From: Octopus vulgaris
Taxonomy: Eukaryota
Length of the DNA: 64,000 nt
Direction: 5' to 3'
Assembly: GCA_951406725.2 (NCBI GenBank)
Contig: OX597815.1
Location: forward strand, 201,996,001 to 202,060,000
In this document: positions 54,589 to 64,000 of the stretch, in pieces
Position numbering within the stretch: the first letter of the stretch is position 1
Layout: each line of letters starts with the position of its first letter
The notes under the pieces: model-generated
Databases searched by the model: none
Told to the model about the DNA's origin: nothing
What the model saw: only the letters and a program-made list of their open reading frames with translations
Program-made: the position numbers and the translations under genes

Positions 54589-56018
54589 TCTTACGATGTC
54601 AAATAAAATTTATTATTACTTAGTTCTCACTCAGTGATTTAGAACTAGCAGGTTTACTTATCATATATATATACACACATATATATATATATATATTAAT
54701 AATTCTGATACAACACTACACTCTACTGTTCTCACTCCCCCTATCACTTTCTCTCAGATTCTTTCTCTCCTTCCTTTTTTCTCCCCTTCACCGTTTTCTT
54801 TCTATCTGTCTGTCTATCCTTCTTTCTCCTTTACACTCTCACTATCTCGTCACTCACACTGGACCATCGTCCGTCTTTCTTTTCGTCATGTGATGATCTT
54901 TTTTTTCTTTCACGGCTGTCGTAGGGACTGCATGTATCCCATCTGTCTCTCTCTTTTATCTTTCCTCCTGTCAAAGACAATATTTCTCCAACGACCTTCC
55001 ATGTTTGTTTTCATTCGGTTTCCTTGTATATCTTCACTGTCCTGTTTTTGTTACCACTCTGTCGCTCCGCAAATCTCAAATCTTATTTTGGCTTGCGGGA
55101 CCAACTGCCTTTCGAAGACTCATATTATCGTTCAATGCTCGAAATAAGATGAACAGCCGACAACTAATGAATGGTCGTTCTTTATGTTACTTGTTTTCCT
55201 TTCATTTGTTTCTCTCTTTCTTTATGTATTCAACTCTTGTCTTCGTATTTCATGTTGTTTACCGTTTGTGACGATCTGTATGCATATATATATATGTGTG
55301 TATGAGTGTACATGTACATATATATTTTATTTATATTATATATATATGTATGTATGTATGTATGTATGCATCTATGTATATATGTATGTAAGTATGCATG
55401 TACTTATATATTTATATATATTGTTGTATTTCATGACGTCCATTTTCTTTTTACCAAATAAACAAAAACATTATATATTATTCTTCACTCGTTTACTACT
55501 GAGAAAATAGTAATTGGAAGAAGAGTACACACGAAAACGAAAATTGTCGCCGAGGTGGTCACAGATTTATGATGAAAGGTTTTCCGGACAATGGACATGA
55601 GTTAAAATAAGAACAATAACAAGCGAGTGAAGACCAAGTATATAGTGTGTGTGTTTGTTTAGCAATAAAAACAATGACCGTCCCGAAATACAATATCTGT
55701 TTCAACACAAAATTTCGCATCAGGAAACTTGCAACACAATTTGATAAGCGTATATATATATATATATATATATATTAATAAATAAAACATATGCATATAT
55801 ATATATATACATATATGTACGTACCTACATGTATATATACACGCATATATGAGTACAGGATACCCAAAAAGTTTCGAACACAATGAGAAACAAAAACATA
55901 GACACAAACCCAAGGAACTGGACATTTTTCTTAAACAACAAAAAACATAGAGTACAGGACAAATAACACAAGGAAAAAAACCCTTCTTCAGTCACCATGG
56001 TTTCATTTACTCTACGTT

Positions 56019-56063
<45 letters not shown>

Positions 56064-56118
56064 TGTATATATATATATATATTTCTCTCCTTGTTTCTCT
56101 CCTTTTTATTCTGTGTCC

Positions 56119-56155
56119 CTTTCTGTAGAAGAGCGTAGGCTCGAAACATAAAACA
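56119..56155 (+). ncRNA. Degenerate copy of the same hammerhead-like motif
   Basis: ctttCTGTAGAaGAGCgtagGCTCGAAACataaaa. Further copies on minus at 23562-23596 and about 56705-56738. Confidence 0.35.
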
Positions 56156-56232
56156 CTTTTTCTATTTCTGTTACATCTGTTTGTTTTGTACACCTCCTGT
56201 CTTCATCTTTTGTTTTTTTTATCGTAAACTCT

Positions 56233-56332
<100 letters not shown>

Positions 56333-56346
56333 GGATAAATTAGCTA

Positions 56347-56410
56347 ATAAGTATATTTATTAACTGTAAAAAATGAACGTTCATTTTTGCAGTTAATAAA
56401 TATACTTATT
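56347..56410. repeat. Near-perfect loopless palindrome
   Basis: aataagtatatttattaactgtaaaaaatgaac|gttcatttttgcagttaataaatatacttatt. Confidence 0.85.
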
Positions 56411-56862
56411 AATTGATTTATCTCCATTTTCTTATTTTTCTTGAATAGATATAAAACTTCGTTTTCCTAAATATCTATTATTTATGAGTTGTATAATTAC
56501 TATTCACAACAAATATTAGATAATGAACCAGTAATTCATTGGAAATTACTATCGCTTAATGAGGCTTATTTACCCTCGAATAGGACTTCGAAACATATAT
56601 ATGTATGTATAAAATTCAAATTTACAGAAAACAAAAGACGAAAACAAGTGAAGGAATAACAACAAAGTGTATTAATTTAACAATCGGGAAGATTGAAAAG
56701 GTTTTCTTTTACGTTTCGAAGCTACGCTCTTCGAAAGAGATGATTAAGAAGTAATAAAGAAAAAAAAAAGAAAAAAAGGGAGAATCAACGAAAACGGAGA
56801 TAGGTAAAAATCGTTAGGGATTATCGGTTCAACATGAAGAAATAGGCAGAAGGCTGAATGAA

Positions 56863-57289
56863 AGGCGATTTGGCAGAAACGTTAGGACGCTAGGCGAAAT
56901 GCCTAGCGGTATTTCGTCTGTCGTTACGTTCTGAGTGCAAATTCCGCCGTTGCCAACTTTGCCTTTCATCCTTTCAGGTTCGATTAAATAAGTACCAGTT
57001 ATGAACTGGAGTTGATACAATCGACTTAATCTGTTTGTCTGTCCTTGCCCCCCCCCCCTGTGTATAGCCCCTTAGGGGGGGGGGGGCAGTAAAAAAATAG
57101 GTATTTCGTCTGCCGCTACGTTCTGAGTTCAAATTCCGCTGAGGTCGACTTTCTTTTTCATCCTTTCGGGTCGGGATCAATAAATTAAGTACCAGTTACG
57201 CACTAGGTTCAATGTAATCGATGTAATCCCTTTGTCTGTTCTTGTTTGTCCCCTCTATGTTTAGCCCCTTGTGGGCAATAAAGAAATAC
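56863..57289 (+). mobile_element. SINE family B 1.5-mer flanked by a 17-bp TSD
   Basis: gaaggctgaatgaaagg at 56849-56865 and 57290-57306. Internal junction aaaaaata|ggtatttcg at about 57100. Confidence 0.9.
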
Positions 57290-57879
57290 GAAGGCTGAAT
57301 GAAAGGGAAATAATTTCGGCGAACCGGCTAAAGGAATTAGTTCTTGCGCGCGTGTGTGTGAGTGTGTATGCATGAATGGGGGTGATTGTATGAGTATATA
57401 TGTAAGGGCGAGTTGTAAAATATGTAGACCAGTGTGTGCGTATGCATGTAAGTGACCCAGTGCGTACAGTATGTGGATTCATATGCGTTACATATACTGG
57501 CATTTTTTGCGTGCGGTTATCCTCTATGCGTACAAAAGCATTGACCTGAGTGTGTGTGCATGTGTACTAGTAAACCAGTGTATGTGTTGTGTGGAGTGAT
57601 GTGCATTTTGTGTACGTGTGTGTATGTGTGTTCGTGCGCACGTATGGACGTGTGTATATATGCAAGTATGCGACTGACGTGTGTATATGTTTGAGGCTAA
57701 TGTGTGGGGCTAACTTGTGCGTGTGTGTGCGTGTGTGTGTGCGTGCATGCGTGCGTGTGCAAACGCTTGTGCTTTGTTGGTGTGTGTTAGTCCAGGTGGT
57801 GTGTACATGTATGAACGCACATATTTGACTGCGACCAGAGTACGTGCATAAGTATAATGTAAGTTTATGGGTGCATCTC

Positions 57880-58285
57880 TTTTTCTCTTTTACTCTTTTA
57901 CTTGTTTCAGTCATGTGATTTTGGCCATGCTGTAGCCCCGCCTTTAGTCGAGCAAATCGATCCCAGGACTTATTCTTCGTAAGCCTAGTACTTATTCGAT
58001 CGGTCTTTTTGCGGAACCGGTAAGTTACGGTGATGTTAATACACCAGTATCGGTCGTCAAGCGATGTTGGAGGGACAAACATAGACACACAAACATATAC
58101 ACACACATACATATACATATATACGACGGGCTTCTTTCAGTTTCCATCTACCAAATCCACTCAGAAGGTTTCGGTTGACCTGGGGCTATAGTAGAAGACA
58201 CTTGCCCAAGGTGCAACGCAGTGGGACTGAACCCGGAACGTTGTGGCTTGCAAGCAAGCTACTTACTACACAGCCACTCCTACGT
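57880..58285 (-). mobile_element. SINE family A, full length
   Basis: Reverse-complement match to the other copies; (tactcttt)n tail. Confidence 0.9.
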
Positions 58286-58581
58286 CTATCTGTGTGCATG
58301 AGTATAATGTATGCTTGTGGGCGAAAGTAATCTGTGTCTATGCGTGTTGCGTGTTTTTATGCGTGTTACGTGTGTGTGTATATATTGTTTGTGTTCCGGC
58401 ATTATGTGTTTGTGTGGGTGTGGGAATGTGCATGATGGTGAATGGTGAGTGCATCCAGGTGAAGTATTTAAGGATGCTCGTATAGTGGTATGTGTGGTGA
58501 CATATAGTGTTATGGAGTGTGTGTGTGTGTGTATGGATCTGTGGATAATGGTGTATGATGTGGGTGTTGAGAAGTGCTGGG

Positions 58582-58612
<31 letters not shown>

Positions 58613-58779
58613 TTGTGTGAGACAACCAATAGTAATGTTGATCTCTTCAAACAATAATTATATTTACGCATATTAAAAATATTAGACACTAGAAAAAATG
58701 AATATAAAAGCGTTAGAGAGAAATTTGCTACCATAACAGATGCTACAAGGAAACTAGTTGAAAAAAACATGTCCATGAT

Positions 58780-59765
58780 AATGTCCAGCGAATATGGTGG
58801 GTGGAGCATCATTTCCCATTGAAACTTTTCTTGCCTTTGGAATGTCATCCTCGCTGTATGTGGACGAATATTATACGGATGGAAAAACACCTTTCGTCTG
58901 GAAACCAAATACGGTCATTTTTTCTTCTAACTCTGACTTACTCCGCTCAAGCTGCTCGCAGTAGGTCTTCTTTGCTATTGTTTAGTGTGGTTTTAAATGT
59001 TCAAATTGGACTAAATCTTTCATATCTCACAAAACAGATAACAACATCTTACGTCATTGCCGGCGTTTCTTCTTTCCCTACGCACTATCTTCGGTGCTTC
59101 ACACTTTCATAGGGAACCCATTTCTCGTCACCCTTCAACTTTTAGTCCAAAAAAAGGTTCATTCGTGAGTCTTGATGGCAAAGAAGAGCATACATTCACT
59201 ATCGGCACGTGATTAGACGTGAAAAGTTTTGTGAAGAACCCAGTGACCAAATTTACTGACTTTTCCTATGGCACACACTAGCCGATGAATGACCATATCC
59301 AACCTTCTCTGCTAGTTCCTCAACAATTACGGTGGCATTTTGTTCCACCAGGTTTTGCAGGACATTCTCGTCCAGGTCTACAGATCTTCCAGAACGAGGC
59401 TTGTCTTCTAGGCTGTAGTTGTCGTTTCGGAATTTCTGGAATCACCGTTGACACTGGTTTACACTTGTTGTCCGATCTCCATATACTGAATTAATATTCT
59501 TCGCACTTTCCATTGTGATGTTGCCTTTATTCAACTCATAAAGCAAAATATGCCTTATATTCTCCTTTATCACTTCCATTATAGCTTTGAAAAACTAACT
59601 ATTAAAACCAGACAACACTTTTCAAAACTTGCTCTAAGAATAAGGACAAGGTTAAATTTCTACCTGCTTTTATAGCAAGTTGATGCATTTAGTTTATCCC
59701 GTACCCATCCGACTTTTAATTCATGCAATTCAAAAACCGCATTATTTATTGGATGATCCAATATA
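58780..59765 (-). mobile_element. Decayed mariner (Tc1/mariner) transposon
   Basis: RRKVFFHPYNIRPHTARMT...WEMMLHPPYSLD (HQDNARPH / HPPYSPDLAP-like). GDEKWV at about 59115-59135. TIR-like tattggatcatccaataaataatgcgg followed by TA at about 59737-59765. Confidence 0.8.
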
Positions 59766-61840
59766 TATACTCATAAGTAGTTCAGTCAAAGTATGCTTTA
59801 CTAAAATTCACTCTCTCCCTGCAATTAGAGCAATCATGCACACATAATGACACAGAGCTGTTACCGTTGTTACTTGCAATTTAATACACTATTCTACCTT
59901 CACTATGAAAATATATATATTGTTATTCTTAGACTTCCCAGTATTCAATATATTTGGAGGACTCTCAAAAAGACCTCATGCAATTTAGTGCAAGATCTTT
60001 CAAAAATTTTTGGTTTATACATTTTTAAAAAACTTTCGTCGAGATTATAATACATCCATAAGCTGTGGTTCACGCTACATATGCGGATCACATTCCTAGT
60101 TTCAAAAGTCTACGTTCCTTGATTAATTTTTCTGGTTAATTCTTAATAATTAATCATGGTTTGGTTATTTCATTATCAAATGTTCAAGGATGTTGTTTTC
60201 TGGCTCATCTTCTCAATCATATTACCGCTAAGTCTCCTTACTACAACGCAAGATAAATTGATGTTGGTAATTCTCATTTTCTCAAAAACAAATATTAAAA
60301 TTTTGTTAAAAGTCATATGGCAAACAGATACTTAGTCATACTGTGTATGAATCCTATAGCTTTCACATGAAATTCAAATATCAATTTTTAACACTTTATA
60401 CTTCATACAGTTTCAATTAAATTATGAATTTACATTTCTAAAGTAAACGTAAAATCACATTTAATACTGTCACAACATAGACAAATCTTTACCAGTCACA
60501 TACATGATGAAACTTATGGATATAATAAGGTACAAAATCTACATGAAACTTGAATTTAGTGACATATATAATAAGTAATTGAGAATCGAAATTATTTAGG
60601 TCGGTGTTCTGGTATCTACTTTTACTGAAATATTTACAATAGAAAGTAAAACTAAATATATATATTTAAAAGTTCTCTTTTAAGTAAACAAGTTTGCTGG
60701 ATGATGTCTACTGATTTTGGAATTTCTCGAGGCTTTAGTAGATTATTTGCTTTGTTTACAGTTTGTTATATTTTTTTATTTTCATTTTGAAGAACCAGAC
60801 ATTTTATATTGCTGTGTGATTTGCGGTTTCAGAAGATTTATACGTCTATTTACTTGAGAGACAAACTGCAAAAAGATCAGAAACTTGCCAGAGGGCCAAT
60901 CATAATACTGAATTGGATATTTGGAAGAAAAACGAAATAAACGACTGTCATTATTTTTTTTTTTTTTTTTTCATTATTATCAAGTGTGTCTTTCATCACT
61001 ACAGAGTTATGGAAGTACGGAAAGAATTATTCAAAGTGAAATATTTATTTCGATTTTCTCTTAAACTTCAACTTATATCAATGCACATAAAATACCCTTC
61101 CTACCACAGTTTGCATGGGCCTTCAATTATTACTAACTCTGCATGCGAATAATAGAGTCCACTTATCTGCAGAAGTTCATTAAATAATTACAGCATCGAC
61201 ATTCGGAACATGCTATTGCTAATTAATGGGAGAATATTTTCATTCTATTACTTCCAAAATCTAAGCTTCGTGTAGGGATAAATTACAGAAACATGCTTCG
61301 TTAAATGTATAATCATTTAATTACGACATTAGAGATTAGGAGACAATTACCTCGAATGGATTCAGAAATAGTATATGTGCTATCTATTAAAACATACGAT
61401 GAGTGTCTGGATTAGTGAAAATCTTTTTTCCTGAAAACATGCAATACAAAAAAATAATCTCAGTGTTACTGTGAAAAATCTTCATAATGTCATTATCGCG
61501 GGGTGTTAGTTTGTATGTTTGTATGTATGTATGTATGTATGTATGTATGTATGTATGTATGTATGTATGTATGTATGCATATATGTATGTACGTATGTTC
61601 GTATACATATATATATATAAAATAAAAGTGACAAAGCGGAACTGGTGTTACTCATATTTCATTCCCCTATCCTGAGGAAGCATTTTAGATAGTATGTTTA
61701 ATATAAAGTACATATCTGAATAGCTGAGAGGGGATTTCTTTACTCAACCGAGTCTTATTATCTACATAAACTCCAAGAATATGATATGTCCGGCACTTAT
61801 GCACAATAACTGATATTCACTTAATATTGATGAGTAGGCA

Positions 61841-62058
61841 AGGCGGCGAGCTGACAGAAAGGTTTGCACGCCGGGTGAAATGCTTAGCGGTATTTTGTCT
61901 GTGTTTACGTTCTGAGTTCAAATTCCACCGAGGTTGACCTTGCTTTTCATCCTTTCGCGGCCGATAAACTAAGTAACAGTTGCGTACTTGGGCCGATGTA
62001 ATCGACTAGACCCCTCCCCCAAAAATTTCGGGCCTTATGCCAAGACCAGAAATGAATT
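61841..62058 (+). mobile_element. SINE family B, alternative-tail type
   Basis: aggcggcgagctgacagaaa..gcttttcatcctttcgcggccgataaactaag..cccctcccccaaaaatttcgggccttatgcc. Degenerate TSD ttgatgagtaggca / ttgttgagtatgca. Confidence 0.85.
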
Positions 62059-62243
62059 TTGTTGAGTATGCATGTTACTGAGACCTAACAAGGTGCTCCG
62101 GTTTAATTCAACTGAATCTTAATCTTAATATATAACGGGAAAGTTTACGAAAATAAACAAGGAGAGAAGCAAGGAGAGAAAAACATGCGTGTAGGAGCTA
62201 ACGATCTATCATACATATACATACACACATACATACATACATC

Positions 62244-62334
<91 letters not shown>

Positions 62335-62337
<3 letters not shown>

Positions 62338-62990
62338 GTGGTCTGCTCAATAAATATTAGGACTGTTACTATAGTAACAAAACTAAATCACGGAGAGTGA
62401 AGCTGCCTGGTTCAGACGCACTAAGTTTTAATAACGTAGCTTACTTCCGCTGTTTACAGCAGTGTTTGGAAAGATGGGGATTAGCGTGTGATCACTGCAT
62501 TGATTTTGACTGAGAAAGTTGAGCAGAAAATCTTCATCAAATTTTACCAAAATCTTGATGACACCTGCTCATAGGCCTCCGCAAAGTTTTCAAAGAGTTT
62601 TCATCGTTCTCGACACAATCAAGATCTTGTGCACCTGAAACCTGAGTGTCTCTTTCGTCAGATGAGAACAGTTTTGGCACAAACTTGACAGACACGCATG
62701 TAATACCCAAGCCTTCAGTGGTAATGGGCTGAACTGAACCTTAACTATATCTGCACATTCTCTGATAACTCACGATGGTGATTTGACGATTTCACTTAAC
62801 AGCTGCAGGCACATTTGCAATGTTTTCTTAGTTCTGATGTTTGCGGGTCTCCCAGAACGTTCGTCAATATTGACATTTTTTCGAAATTCTTGGAAACGTC
62901 GGAACCACTCATACACTTGTGTGCAGCTCATACACTTCTCTCCATACACTTTCTGCAACTTTGCATAGGCCTGTGAGGAGGTATCGCCAT
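62335..62990. mobile_element. Rearranged mariner relic: TIR and transposase start on plus, continuation inverted on minus
   Basis: TA + cgtggtctgctcaataaatattaggactg TIR-like start. Plus strand reads EKVEQKIFIKFYQNLDDTCS. Minus ORF 62770-62958 reads QKVYGEKCMSCTQVYEWFRRFQEFRKNVNIDERSGRP (mariner HTH). Confidence 0.8.
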
Positions 62991-63199
62991 GACAACTTTT
63001 GAGAAAGCATTGACTGAAAAACTAATTCCGTCGCAAAATTATAAATAAACGAGGGAAAAATTCGCACCTAAAACGGGACATTTTTGATGCGACACCTCCC
63101 CTGCTAAGCAGTTTCAGTTACGAGAACACACAAAATTCAACAATGATAAATGTAGACACGCTTTGGTAACAAGCATTTACAAAATTTACCAAGAAATTT

Positions 63200-63935
63200 T
63201 ATTATTTATTGGCCACCAAGGGCTACATACAGAGGGACAATAGATGCTAGACAAGGTGAGATCGCATGCAAGCAGGCAACCAAGAGATATGACTGACTGA
63301 ATTAACAATAGGTAACGTGTATACATGTTAGAAATAAAATGAGAATAATAAGATGTAGTGTTGGACGTGGAGATCCCACAAGCCACAAGCTGCACTTCTC
63401 TCACAAGATGAGACTTGGGGGTTCGCACTCAAATTAGACACATCCATATGCACCCATTTAGTCATAAATATGCGCGGCGGCAGCGACTCCCTTCTAGCAA
63501 TAGTTTCTTTTTCAGGTGATATATGTAATAGCTGGTTAAACCAATGCCAGAGAAGAAATTGCCAATCCTCAAACATTTCAGTCGCGTCAACAACACGACC
63601 TCATTCGCTACGGCCACCAAGCAGAGAAAAATTGCCTGCGTTTCCCGGTTGAAGGAAGGTGGTGGGACAATCTGCACAATGGACTCAGTTGACAACTGTG
63701 CTCCTCCCAGACATGACAGTAGGTGTTCCGTAAGTCCGAAATCAACGCAAACAGGACGATTGCGTGCAAAACAGTTTCATTGCTTTGATTGCATCTAGGG
63801 CATGTCCTTGTGACTGGGCTTCTGTGCCAGAAGAGTTTGTCTCGAGCAGGCAATACACCTCAGTAACACTGCCAGGCCAATGATTTCTGGTAGTTATCCA
63901 TGGGCTTCCGCCTGAAAGTCCTACGGCAAGTTGAA
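63200..63935 (-). pseudogene. 3' end of a Tx1/L1-clade LINE (zf-RVT region and 3' UTR)
   Basis: PARDKLFWHRSPVTRTCPRCNQSNETVLHAIV (LPxRDKL..CPRC..ETxxH zinc finger), STESIVQIVPPPSFNRETQAIFLCLVAVANEVV. The 3' UTR ends in AATAAA at 63205-63210. Confidence 0.8.
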
Positions 63936-64000
63936 AATCATTGAATCCCATATAAATAAAATATATAATGATTCCGATTAGAAAATGTTCAAATAAATTT

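Overview
This is AT-rich eukaryotic DNA, almost certainly intronic or intergenic, with no recognisable host protein-coding exon. The SINE/LINE/microsatellite repertoire looks like an octopus (coleoid cephalopod) genome; that is an inference, not a database result. Nearly all short ORFs in the track are microsatellite translations. The real content is transposable elements: a near-intact R4/Dong-clade LINE (Myb-RT-CCHC-REL, 49498-53550, minus) broken only by two single-A homopolymer deletions; a young 5'-truncated Dong copy inside a (TAA)n tract; a decayed Dong copy with an internal inverted duplication; CR1, Tx1/L1, Penelope, Helitron and mariner relics; three tRNA-derived SINE families; and many fold-back structures. 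The most notable observations are: (i) a SINE whose 3' tail matches the 3' end of a Tx1/L1-type LINE and which recurrently joins to a GGTAT site, including inside its own family; (ii) dispersed minimal hammerhead-ribozyme-like motifs in short repeats embedded in (TA)n; (iii) a recurrent forward-then-inverted-duplication architecture in unrelated elements. No novel protein system could be supported.
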